Shown piece after piece: positions 6,560-16,006 of a stretch of 64,000 nt of DNA. This DNA is from a virus (Duplodnaviria > Caudoviricetes). The stretch is taken from positions 1 to 64,000 of the IMG/VR virus record IMGVR_UViG_3300031992_000029, one strand, 5' to 3'. Position 1 is the stretch's first letter. Every line of letters begins with the position of its first letter. The position numbers and the translations under genes are program-made. Below the pieces are notes generated by a model. That model searched no databases and was not told the DNA's origin. It worked only from the letters and a program-made list of their open reading frames with translations.

Positions 6560-9334
6560 GTGATTATAATAAGCAAACAACTTGCTTGTCAGACATACAT
6601 ATATAAGATACACAGCAGTCGACTACGGAAGGCAAAGTGGAATCTTACGCTTCCGATAGAAGAAGCAAGGAGAAACGATGAAGTGATTGCTCTCGCCTCA
6701 TCGCAGATGCTTAGATGGATAGATGAATTAAATGGTGTCTATGACGCAGACGATAAGGCAAGATACATAAAGCACAGGATACGAAAGATAAGAAGGGAAC
6801 CGTATAGCGTCCAAAATAGAAAGCTAATCAAGGATCTATATCATGAGCTAGACATATTGCAATTTAAACCAGATTATATGTGTCTGATTATAGATAAAGA
6901 AAAAGACTACTACAGAGCGTGCCGCGGTTTCAGTATAAATGGCGTAGAATACCACAGGCTACTTGGTACGAATGGCGGTATCAAGAACTCAACAATAGTA
7001 TTCGTAAGCGAAAGGCTATACGGCGAGTTATCTAGAAGAGTTGAAAATGGACGTGATCAGGATAAGAAACTGGTAACAGCGAAACTTGAAGCATATAAGG
7101 CGTTAACATGTAGCGCATCAAACCCTGTGTCTCTTCCAAATGGAATTATAGTCGTCGACGATGTCGAAACAGAATTCTTATCAGACATTATATATATGAC
7201 CGATGAGGACTCTGTAGAACCGACAATGGAATTCAGAAAAGACGAACCTATAAAGATGGACGCGTCTGACGGGTTTGGAATCATGCTCCCGTCTCTTGCG
7301 GAGAGGTGGAGCTATGAACTAGGTCTTGACTACATAGTTAGTGGATTAAACACGAGGTTCTCATTTGAAAAGGGGATGGTATTCACATTCGACTTTTTGG
7401 ATTTTGCAGAGAATGTAGCTGGCAAATATGAGATAAAAGATGCGTGGGGCAATACTGTTGACGTTCGAGACGCCGAGCTTATACTTACAACATCAATGGT
7501 AAAACTATGGGACAGCTATAAAGACTGTGACGATTACGTCAATACATCTGTTGAAAACGGATATACTTTCGGAATCGCAAAGACATGCCCAAAAGAACTG
7601 GAATCAGAGCGTAACCTAAATTATCAATTCATACAAAGTTACGAACTTAACGATGATGATATTGACGAATTGATTGCTCCAACCATGAATGAGATAAAAG
7701 ATGTTCTAAATGCAGACTGGAAGAAAACTCTCCTATTCCTAAAAGGATCAGGTATAACAGGAGAAAATGTCGAAAGGTCAGCTAATGATTTTATAAAAGC
7801 GATTATGATAGACCACCGTATTATCGACGACCCTTTTGTTCAGTCTAATATATATCGCCTGATAAAGAACAGGATCAATGAGGCAAAGGTCGGTGTGATA
7901 AAAGTACACGGTAATTTTTCAATCATATCAGGCGATCCGTACCTGCTATGTCAGAACATGTTTGGGCTGGAAAAGACCGGGCTGCTAAAGGCCGGTGAAA
8001 TATATAACCGATACTGGGCAGATACCGATGCTGATAAACTTGCATGTTTTAGAGCGCCTATGACATGTCATAATAATATAAGGATTGTTCGTCCTGTGAG
8101 AAAGCCGGAATCAGATTATTGGTATCAGTATATGAACGCGTGCACCATATTTAACGGATGGGATACAGCGGCACAATCTTTAAATGGTGCGGATTTTGAC
8201 GGCGATCTTTGTATGCTAACAGACAATCATGTACTGTGTTCAAAACATAAAGCGCTTCCAACATTGATGTGTGCGCAACGTAAGGCAGAGAAACGTATAT
8301 CTACCGAGGAGGATTTTATAAAGTCAAACATAGAGAGTTTCGGCAATGATATTGGAAAGACTACAAACTGGATTACAAGCATGTTTGATGTCCAGGCTGG
8401 GTTTAGACCGAACTCAAAAGAATATGACACTCTCTCGTACAGGATAATGTCAGGCCAGTTATTTCAACAAAACGCTATAGACAAAGCAAAGGGTATCATA
8501 TGTAAGCCTATGCCGAGGTCGTGGCATGATAAACATGCGGTGTTTAAGATGGAGGCAGATGATGATACGGTAGAGTTATATCGCAATATAGTTGCTACTA
8601 AGAAGCCTTACTTCATGAGATATATCTACCCTGCGCTCATGAAAGAGTACAATACTTATATCGGAAATACGAACAGGAATGCTCTCAGGGAGTTTAGGCT
8701 AAGTGTCGACGAACTGAATTCAATGCCGAACAAAGATCTGACGCAAAGGCAAAGGGAGTTTCTTCAATTCTATTATAAGCGTATGCCAGTTGGTATTGGC
8801 AACTGCGTTATGAATAGAATATGCAGGAAGTTTGAAAACGAGTTTGATGGGTATATCGGTAAGCATAATTCTTCGACAGAATTTGACTATACAATTATGA
8901 AGAGTGATGTGCCGTATACACAAAAGCAATATTCGGAAATAAAACGCCTGTATGATGATTATAACAAGAGACTTGCAAGTTATGCTGTATTCTCAGATTA
9001 TGAGCGCGTCGACGAGACAGACTCGTTTAATGAACTGTCTTCAATGAATGAAGAGTTTAGGAAGGAGTGCGATAAGATATGTCCAAATAAGTTGGCACTA
9101 TGCAACATAGTCTTGGACATATGCTATAAAAAGAGTTCAACAAAAAGATTCGCATGGAATATGTGTGGCGATGAAATAATAGAAAATCTTCTTATCAATA
9201 ATAACCGAATAATCTCCTACCCTACACTTGATCCAGACGGCGATATTAGATATTGCGGTGAAAGTTTCAGATTGGAAAGTAAGAGATTGGAGGTACAGGA
9301 AGATGATTATTCTGAACGAACGGAAGTGGGCTGA
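6560..9334 (+). CDS. yonO: YonO-like single-subunit two-barrel RNA polymerase
   Basis: 924 aa with catalytic NGADFDGD, SDGFG, FRAP, QNAIDKAKG motifs of the RdRP-like/YonO family. Confidence 0.88.
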   Translation: MIIISKQLACQTYIYKIHSSRLRKAKWNLTLPIEEARRNDEVIALASSQMLRWIDELNGVYDADDKARYIKHRIRKIRREPYSVQNRKLIKDLYHELDILQFKPDYMCLIIDKEKDYYRACRGFSINGVEYHRLLGTNGGIKNSTIVFVSERLYGELSRRVENGRDQDKKLVTAKLEAYKALTCSASNPVSLPNGIIVVDDVETEFLSDIIYMTDEDSVEPTMEFRKDEPIKMDASDGFGIMLPSLAERWSYELGLDYIVSGLNTRFSFEKGMVFTFDFLDFAENVAGKYEIKDAWGNTVDVRDAELILTTSMVKLWDSYKDCDDYVNTSVENGYTFGIAKTCPKELESERNLNYQFIQSYELNDDDIDELIAPTMNEIKDVLNADWKKTLLFLKGSGITGENVERSANDFIKAIMIDHRIIDDPFVQSNIYRLIKNRINEAKVGVIKVHGNFSIISGDPYLLCQNMFGLEKTGLLKAGEIYNRYWADTDADKLACFRAPMTCHNNIRIVRPVRKPESDYWYQYMNACTIFNGWDTAAQSLNGADFDGDLCMLTDNHVLCSKHKALPTLMCAQRKAEKRISTEEDFIKSNIESFGNDIGKTTNWITSMFDVQAGFRPNSKEYDTLSYRIMSGQLFQQNAIDKAKGIICKPMPRSWHDKHAVFKMEADDDTVELYRNIVATKKPYFMRYIYPALMKEYNTYIGNTNRNALREFRLSVDELNSMPNKDLTQRQREFLQFYYKRMPVGIGNCVMNRICRKFENEFDGYIGKHNSSTEFDYTIMKSDVPYTQKQYSEIKRLYDDYNKRLASYAVFSDYERVDETDSFNELSSMNEEFRKECDKICPNKLALCNIVLDICYKKSSTKRFAWNMCGDEIIENLLINNNRIISYPTLDPDGDIRYCGESFRLESKRLEVQEDDYSERTEVG

Positions 9335-10085
9335 AGAAATAATTGCTACGCATGAATTAGGTAAAGAGAAGTATAGAGCGTTATGTGCTGTAGCAAGATA
9401 TTACATGGAACAAGGGTATACAAAAAAGGAAGCGAGGGAAGCATTAGAAAAGTTTTTGCTTGAATGTGATCCGACAATATCTATACCAAAATGGTCGAAG
9501 ACGATTGATTATGCCGTTGTGGCTGGGACAAGATACAAGTCTATACAGATAGATAGTATCAAGGTTACAAAGGAAGAGTTAGATGTAATTAGCAAAATAG
9601 AGAGTATGCCAGTACAGCGACTTGCTTTTACTCTGCTGTGTCTCGCTAAGTATTGGGTGGCTGTTAACCCAGAGACAGATTATTGGGTGAATAACAAAGA
9701 CTCTGAGATAATGAGAATAGCAAATATTAATACATCGATTAAGAGGCAGAGTTTTATGTATAACGAACTTGGAGAGATGGGACTAATTCAATTCTCTAAG
9801 AAAGTTGACAACACCAATGTCAGGGTTACTTTTGCTACAGAGGGCGAGACTGTTATAGATATTACGGATTTCGACAACCTTGGATATCAGTATATGAAGT
9901 ATAAAGGTCTGCCGTATTTTACATGCGAGATTTGCGGAAAAACGCTGAGGAGGCGCAATCCTAAAAAAGGAAGAAAACAAAAATACTGTGATGAATGCGC
10001 AATGAAGCGAAAATTACAACAAAATGTTGAATCTGTTATGCGAAAGAAACAGCGTGAAGCCGATAACGAACATAAAGATGAATGA
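9303..10085 (+). CDS. Hypothetical protein with C-terminal Zn ribbon, overlapping the RNAP gene
   Basis: RBS GGAGGT then ATG 9303 (in frame with track ORF 9228); CEICG...YCDEC. Confidence 0.8.
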   Translation: MIILNERKWAEEIIATHELGKEKYRALCAVARYYMEQGYTKKEAREALEKFLLECDPTISIPKWSKTIDYAVVAGTRYKSIQIDSIKVTKEELDVISKIESMPVQRLAFTLLCLAKYWVAVNPETDYWVNNKDSEIMRIANINTSIKRQSFMYNELGEMGLIQFSKKVDNTNVRVTFATEGETVIDITDFDNLGYQYMKYKGLPYFTCEICGKTLRRRNPKKGRKQKYCDECAMKRKLQQNVESVMRKKQREADNEHKDE

Positions 10086-10172
10086 AAAAATAACATGCGA
10101 AAAACGTTGTATTTTCAACAAAAACTCGACTTTTGATGAGTTACTATTATGAAAGTAATAAAATAAAAATTT

Positions 10173-10186
10173 AGAACATATGTTCG
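10173..10186. promoter_or_regulatory. LexA/DinR SOS box upstream of the late region
   Basis: AGAACATATGTTCG in AT-rich intergenic DNA. Confidence 0.6.
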
Positions 10187-10246
10187 TTTATTTATAATTA
10201 TTAAATATTTATAATAATATCGAGTATTGAAAGAATTTTTCTTAAA

Positions 10247-10290
10247 GGGGATATGCAACAAGCGTTGCCGATATCCCCGATTTCTTTTTT
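10247..10290 (+). terminator. Hairpin plus U-tract (terminator/attenuator)
   Basis: GGGGATAT-GCAAC..GTTGC-CG-ATATCCCC followed by TTTCTTTTTT. Confidence 0.7.
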
Positions 10291-10322
10291 ATTACATATT
10301 GACGAAGGAAAGGAGACTCGCC

Positions 10323-10364
10323 GTGTGGCGGGGTGGGTTTTATACCCTCTGTATTAACAAATGA
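10323..10364 (+). CDS. Putative 13-aa leader peptide MWRGGFYTLCINK
   Basis: AGGAG 7 nt before GTG; its TGA overlaps the next ATG (ATGA). Confidence 0.4.
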   Translation: MWRGGFYTLCINK

Positions 10365-11569
10365 ATTTAGAACAACTACACGGTGAGTCAGACTTAGACT
10401 ATCAGAGACGTCTGATTTACGGAAAGTTAGTAGACAAGACACTAGCCGATATAGATTTCTCAGAGTTAGCCAATCTTGTGTATGGTCAGGATTATTCAAG
10501 TGATGTGGCGAGGCGCATGATGTATGGGTCACGTAAAACACTTGAGCTTGTTGATAAAGAAATGGAGCGGATGAGTGTTGCTACACAGTCATCTGAAAGT
10601 GATGTCAAGATCAGGGAGCTAAAGGCTGAGCGCCAGAAGATGTTCGACCAGAGGCGCGAGCTTAATAAAATAGAAAGAGATATTGCCAGGCAGGAATATA
10701 TAGATTCAAAACTTATCGAGGCGGCTGAGTCGCTGAATGAAACCATCGGCCCGCTTTTCGGAGAAGCTATGTATGCTGACAACGAGATTGAAAATAGCGA
10801 AGCTGTACTTGTATTTAGCGACTGGCATTATGGGATGGTCGTAGATAATGTATTCAACAAATACGATACAGATATTTGTAAAAATAGAGTACAGGCTGTT
10901 GTAAATAACGCGATTAATAGAATCAAAGTACATAAATGTAATGCTCTTCATCTGATATTACTTGGAGATGCTTTCCACGGAGCAATACATACATCTGTCC
11001 GTGTTGCATCTGAGGAACTTGTGGTTGATCAAATTATGCAAGTATCAGAGATTATTGCTCAGGCTATTAACGCATTATCAATGTTTGTTCCGGGTGTATA
11101 TGTATATACGACATATGGAAATCACGGGCGTGTTGTATCAAATAAGAAGGATAGCATCCATAAGGATAATCTTGAACGTATCGTCGGGTGGTGGCTCAAA
11201 CAGAGACTTAAAGATAATGAAAGAGTAACCATGATGCCAGACAGTGGAACGGAATTTGTTTTCGTCAACGCGTGTGGTCATGATATATGCGCAGTGCATG
11301 GCGATCTTGATTCTGTTAGAACATCGCCAAGACTTCTTACTACACTGTTTTTCAAAGAGTATCAGAAAAATATAGAGTGTATTATTTTAGGTGATAAGCA
11401 TCATAGAGAAAGTTTTGAGGAGCTAGGCGTTGTGTCTATGATATGCGGCGCTCTTTGCGGATCTGACGATTATGCAAACGAGAAAAGGCTATTCTCAAAA
11501 CCCAATCAGTTACTTCTTATCTTTGACGAGAATGGGCTAGATGCTGAATATAGAATTAGATGTGATTGA
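10361..11569 (+). CDS. Calcineurin-like metallophosphoesterase with N-terminal coiled coil
   Basis: SDWHYG, LGDAFHG, GNHGR, VHGD, GDKHH motifs. Confidence 0.85.
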   Translation: MNLEQLHGESDLDYQRRLIYGKLVDKTLADIDFSELANLVYGQDYSSDVARRMMYGSRKTLELVDKEMERMSVATQSSESDVKIRELKAERQKMFDQRRELNKIERDIARQEYIDSKLIEAAESLNETIGPLFGEAMYADNEIENSEAVLVFSDWHYGMVVDNVFNKYDTDICKNRVQAVVNNAINRIKVHKCNALHLILLGDAFHGAIHTSVRVASEELVVDQIMQVSEIIAQAINALSMFVPGVYVYTTYGNHGRVVSNKKDSIHKDNLERIVGWWLKQRLKDNERVTMMPDSGTEFVFVNACGHDICAVHGDLDSVRTSPRLLTTLFFKEYQKNIECIILGDKHHRESFEELGVVSMICGALCGSDDYANEKRLFSKPNQLLLIFDENGLDAEYRIRCD

Positions 11570-11593
11570 GTCAGTTAACGCTGGCTCTTTTTT
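11568..11593 (+). terminator. Intrinsic terminator
   Basis: GAGTCAG-TTAACG-CTGGCTC-TTTTTT. Confidence 0.7.
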
Positions 11594-11608
11594 AATGAAT
11601 GAAAGGAA

Positions 11609-12640
11609 GTGTTTGCGCTGGGTAGAAAGACAAAGAAAAATAATATAACTTCGCCGGAATTACTGGCGCAGGTCAATCCAGAGAATACTCAACTGCTTAA
11701 AGAGTTTCTCGACTATCTTAGGTCTGTTGATAGAAGTGAGACTACAATCGATGCTTATAAGAGTGATATCGAGATAGCGTTTGTATGGTGTTTGCAGAAT
11801 AACGGCAACAAGTTCTTCGTTGATTGGACAAAAAGAAACATTATTGCATATCAGAACTGGTTGCTATATGAAAACGAAAACAGTCCAGCAAGGGTAAGGA
11901 GATTAAGGTCGTCTTTATCTTCTCTTTCAAACTTTATCGAGAACATCCTTGATGAGGACTATCCAAACTTTAGGAATATTATCGGAAAGATCGAGGCTCC
12001 TATTAATACACCTGTTAGAGAAAAAACTGTGTTATCAGATGAAGATGTGACAGGAATGCTTGATAGGCTCGTCGAAATGAAGCGTTACGACGTCGCATGT
12101 CTTACCGCATTAGCCGCGTATGGCGGGAGGCGAAAGGCAGAGCTATGTAGGTTTAAGGTAGACGATTTCTCAGACGAAAGGCTCGTGTGCGGAGGCAGTC
12201 TTTGGAAGAGCTCTCCTATGAGATCAAAGGGCAGAGGCAGACAGGGTAAGGTGATTTGCTGTTATACGCTCGCTCATAAGTTCAGGCCATATTTTGATAT
12301 GTGGATGAAAGATAGAAGTGAAAAGGGGATTAAGAGCGAGTGGCTCTTTCCAAATGCATCTGGCAGTGATCACATAGGAATACCTACAGTTAATAGCTGG
12401 ATGAATATTTTAAGTAGGATATCTGGCCTTGATATATATGCACATAGTTTTAGACATTACTTCACAACAATGCTTTCTAATGAAGGGCTCCCTGATAATG
12501 TAATTAAAGAGGTCGTTCAGTGGAATGATATCAGCATGGTTGGAGTGTATGTCGATAGGAATACCGAAGATACATTAGATATGTACTTTGGTTCCGACGG
12601 AATAATAAGGAAAGAGACAAAGACTTTATCTGATTTATAG
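11609..12640 (+). CDS. XerC/D-like tyrosine recombinase
   Basis: N-terminal core-binding-like region (SETTIDAY), GGRRKAEL, AHSFRH, QWNDISMVGVY. Confidence 0.85.
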   Translation: MFALGRKTKKNNITSPELLAQVNPENTQLLKEFLDYLRSVDRSETTIDAYKSDIEIAFVWCLQNNGNKFFVDWTKRNIIAYQNWLLYENENSPARVRRLRSSLSSLSNFIENILDEDYPNFRNIIGKIEAPINTPVREKTVLSDEDVTGMLDRLVEMKRYDVACLTALAAYGGRRKAELCRFKVDDFSDERLVCGGSLWKSSPMRSKGRGRQGKVICCYTLAHKFRPYFDMWMKDRSEKGIKSEWLFPNASGSDHIGIPTVNSWMNILSRISGLDIYAHSFRHYFTTMLSNEGLPDNVIKEVVQWNDISMVGVYVDRNTEDTLDMYFGSDGIIRKETKTLSDL

Positions 12641-12660
12641 TCTTTGCATGAGGAAAAGGA

Positions 12661-13209
12661 ATGATACGGTTAAACGAGTTTATAAGTCGTGTAGCGGCTT
12701 CAATTAAAAGCGATGGTACAAAGAAGCATGTAAATCTTCCTAGAAAGGCGTTATATGTTTCTGATGATGACGGTAATACGAGAGTATTTTATATAAAAAG
12801 TACTAACAAGGATGTTCAGTATACTATTGATGACGTTAAGGTAATTCTTGCTGCTGCAATGAGAACGATGTATGAACTCATACAGTCAGGTGAAAAGGTT
12901 CAGTTTAGAGACTTTGGTACATTTGAAGCTAAGTATAGACTCCCTCGAAGATCGAAGCATCCTTGCACTGGCGAGCAAATTGTTATCCCCGGCAGATATA
13001 TTGTTAAGTATATACCTGGAAACAGAATGAAGGTCGCTGCGAGGATATATGAGAAACTGCAGGAGGGTATTCAGGAGCCTCAAGAGGACTTGTTTGACGA
13101 GAGCATATACTTACCAGACGACGAGGACCAGGATGAACATGATGAGCCTGATGGCTTTGAATTGGAGATAGGTGAGGTTGATGACGATGGCGTTGGAAGT
13201 GAAGACTGA
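12661..13209 (+). CDS. HU/IHF-like DNA-binding protein with acidic tail
   Basis: VQFRDFGTFE...R.SKHPCTGEQIVIP HU arm signature. Confidence 0.8.
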   Translation: MIRLNEFISRVAASIKSDGTKKHVNLPRKALYVSDDDGNTRVFYIKSTNKDVQYTIDDVKVILAAAMRTMYELIQSGEKVQFRDFGTFEAKYRLPRRSKHPCTGEQIVIPGRYIVKYIPGNRMKVAARIYEKLQEGIQEPQEDLFDESIYLPDDEDQDEHDEPDGFELEIGEVDDDGVGSED

Positions 13210-14203
13210 GAAAGCATACTGCAACAAATGTGGTATGGCATACAGTAAGAGAAGGGGAAACTTTCCAATATGCTACGCTGACACATATAAGGGACTTGGT
13301 ACACTTCCTATTTGTAAGACATGCTTCGATCAGATGTATTCTAAATATCTGAATGATTGTGGTGAAGCAAAGCCAGCGGTAAGGCAGATGTGCAGAAAAC
13401 TAGATTTGTATTGGAGCGATTCTATATTTGATACAGTTATGTTAACTGCTACCGCCGCAACTGCAATGACGAAGTATCTAGCAAGAATAAATAGAAGTAG
13501 CTATACGGGCAAGAGCTACGACGATACGTTAATCGGAGAGGGCACGATGTGGAACTTTAATGTAAGTCCGACGGTACAAGTGCCAGAATCTCTTGTCGAT
13601 GTATCATTTGAAATACAAAGTGACGAACAAGACGACGAAGATCCAGTATCAGAAGATATAATCGATTTCTGGGGCGAGGGTTATACTCCGTCAATGTACC
13701 GTAAACTTGAGAAACGTAGACAATATTGGATGTCAAAATTTCAAGATGGCACAGAACTTGATATGGGCACGGAGGCTTTAATCAGGCAAATTTGTGCGCT
13801 TGAATTAGATATAAATAGAGATAGGGCTGAAGGTAAGTCTGTTGATAAGAATATAAATACACTCAATAACTTACTTGGCAGCGCTAACTTAAAACCAACG
13901 CAGATTAAGAGCGATTCTACTGCGTTGAACGATATACCGTTTGGCGTTGGCATTGGATGGTGTGAACAATTCCGTCCGATACCAGAACCGTCTGACGAGT
14001 TTAAAGACGTCGACGGTATAAGGAAATATGTGAGCGTTTGGCTGTTTGGGCATTTAGCCAAAATGCTTGGTAAGAAAAATCTTTATTCGAGGTTATATGA
14101 GGAAGAAGTTGCAAAGATGAGGGTAGAACGTCCAGAGTTCGTCAGTGAAGACGACGAAGAGTTTGTTGAGGACGTGCTGTCGTCGCATGACAGTGATGAA
14201 TAA
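13172..14203 (+). CDS. Zn-finger protein, putative terminase small subunit/packaging factor
   Basis: CNKC...ICKTC; immediately upstream of TerL; true start probably ATG 13181 or 13187. Confidence 0.55.
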   Translation: MRLMTMALEVKTEKAYCNKCGMAYSKRRGNFPICYADTYKGLGTLPICKTCFDQMYSKYLNDCGEAKPAVRQMCRKLDLYWSDSIFDTVMLTATAATAMTKYLARINRSSYTGKSYDDTLIGEGTMWNFNVSPTVQVPESLVDVSFEIQSDEQDDEDPVSEDIIDFWGEGYTPSMYRKLEKRRQYWMSKFQDGTELDMGTEALIRQICALELDINRDRAEGKSVDKNINTLNNLLGSANLKPTQIKSDSTALNDIPFGVGIGWCEQFRPIPEPSDEFKDVDGIRKYVSVWLFGHLAKMLGKKNLYSRLYEEEVAKMRVERPEFVSEDDEEFVEDVLSSHDSDE

Positions 14204-14206
14204 TAT

Positions 14207-16006
14207 ATGGGTTATAACTTTGACTCAATAGATCCGTCGTATCGTAGAGAGATAGCACGATGCGCCGCTTATTATAGGGCTAACCCACACAGATTTGCAA
14301 AGGACATATTAAATCTCGATCTAAGAATATTCCAGCAGATTCTTCTTGTGATGATGAACTGGAGTGTCTCGTTTGTTTTTATAGCATCAAGAGGTTTGGG
14401 TAAAACATATCTCTCTGCTATCTTCTGTGTGATAAGGGCAATCTTATATCCAGGGTCAAAGATTGTTGTTGCGTCTGGCACAAGAGGTCAGGCTGTAAAT
14501 ATACTTCAGAAAATATTATTAGAATTGAAGCCGAAGTCTCCAGCTTTGGCTTTTGAAATAGACGAGAAGCAAACTAAATTGAACGGCATGGATGCCCAGA
14601 TTGTTTTTAAGAACGGGTCGTTCATAAAGGTTGTAACATCTGGAGACAGCGCTCGTGGTAACAGAGCAAATATACTACTAATCGACGAGTTCAGATTAGT
14701 TCCAAAGGATACCGTAGATACAATTCTAAGCAAGTTCCTTACTAACAACAGAATGCCAGAATACTCTGAGCTAACTCGTGCTGAGAAACGCATAGAGTAC
14801 CAGAAGGAACCGAATAAGACATTGTACCTAAGTAGTGCATACTTCTCTGACTCTTGGGCATATGCAAAGTGCGAGAGCACATTTAATATGATGCTCGACG
14901 AAAACAGACATAGTTTTGTATGCGGGTTCCCATATCAGCTCGCTATTAAAGAAGGACTGCTAATGGCGGAGGCCGTAGCAGATCAAATGGCTGAGTCTGA
15001 CTTTAGCGAAGTAAAGTGGTCTATGGAGATGGGCGCTGAATGGTTCGGCGCCGCAGAAGATGCGTGGTTTGATTTTGATTCTATATCAAAGACAAGACGT
15101 ATTAAGTATCCAATGCTGCCGGGCAGATTGGCAATTAAACTAAAGGATCATCCTTATATAAGAATAGAACCGAAAGCGCACAATGAAATACGAATACTTT
15201 CAGCCGATATTGCCTTGATGTCCAGTAGGAAGCATAACAACGACGCTACATCTATCTTTATAAATCAGATGATGCCTACGAAAGCTGGAAGATACATAAG
15301 TAACTTTATATATGGAGATACAATTGAAGGAATGCATACCGAAGACCAAGCACTAATGATAAGGAAATTATTTGATGAATACGAGTGCGACTACCTTGTA
15401 CTTGATGCGCAGGGTGTTGGTAGCGGCGTGTACGATTGTCTTGTAAGGGATATCAATGATCCAGAAACAGGAGAAATATATCCTGCTATATCTTGCTATA
15501 ACAATCCTGATATGGCTGCACGGTGTACTGTTCCAGGTGCAAAGAAAGTTATATGGGCAATTAAGGCTAGTGCTCAATTCAATTCGGATTGTGCATATAG
15601 ACTGAGGGAAGGTTTTAGGAGCGGTCGAATCAGACTACCTGTTACTGAGTATGATGGCGAAGAATACTTACGTGAAATTAAAGGATATGATAATCTGAGC
15701 CCGTCCGACAAACTTAAATTGCAGTATCCGTATATAAACACAACATTATTAATAAATGAGTTGGTCAAGTTACAGTATGAGGAGACCAACGGAAGAGTAT
15801 CGTTACATGAACGTAGCGGTATGAGAAAAGATAGATACTCTTCTATTTCGTATAATTATTATGTCGCTACATTAATTGAAAATAAATTGAGTAGACAAAA
15901 TAATATGAATTCAAGCGTATCAAACATGTTTGTTATTAAACCCCCATCTTATAGCGGAAAGGCGGTGAAAACGTTTGGAAGTAATAACAGACACGGGTGG
16001 TTCTAA
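14207..16006 (+). CDS. terL: Terminase large subunit
   Basis: ASRGLGKT Walker A, LLIDEF Walker B, LSADIA and KDRYS nuclease motifs. Confidence 0.92.
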   Translation: MGYNFDSIDPSYRREIARCAAYYRANPHRFAKDILNLDLRIFQQILLVMMNWSVSFVFIASRGLGKTYLSAIFCVIRAILYPGSKIVVASGTRGQAVNILQKILLELKPKSPALAFEIDEKQTKLNGMDAQIVFKNGSFIKVVTSGDSARGNRANILLIDEFRLVPKDTVDTILSKFLTNNRMPEYSELTRAEKRIEYQKEPNKTLYLSSAYFSDSWAYAKCESTFNMMLDENRHSFVCGFPYQLAIKEGLLMAEAVADQMAESDFSEVKWSMEMGAEWFGAAEDAWFDFDSISKTRRIKYPMLPGRLAIKLKDHPYIRIEPKAHNEIRILSADIALMSSRKHNNDATSIFINQMMPTKAGRYISNFIYGDTIEGMHTEDQALMIRKLFDEYECDYLVLDAQGVGSGVYDCLVRDINDPETGEIYPAISCYNNPDMAARCTVPGAKKVIWAIKASAQFNSDCAYRLREGFRSGRIRLPVTEYDGEEYLREIKGYDNLSPSDKLKLQYPYINTTLLINELVKLQYEETNGRVSLHERSGMRKDRYSSISYNYYVATLIENKLSRQNNMNSSVSNMFVIKPPSYSGKAVKTFGSNNRHGWF

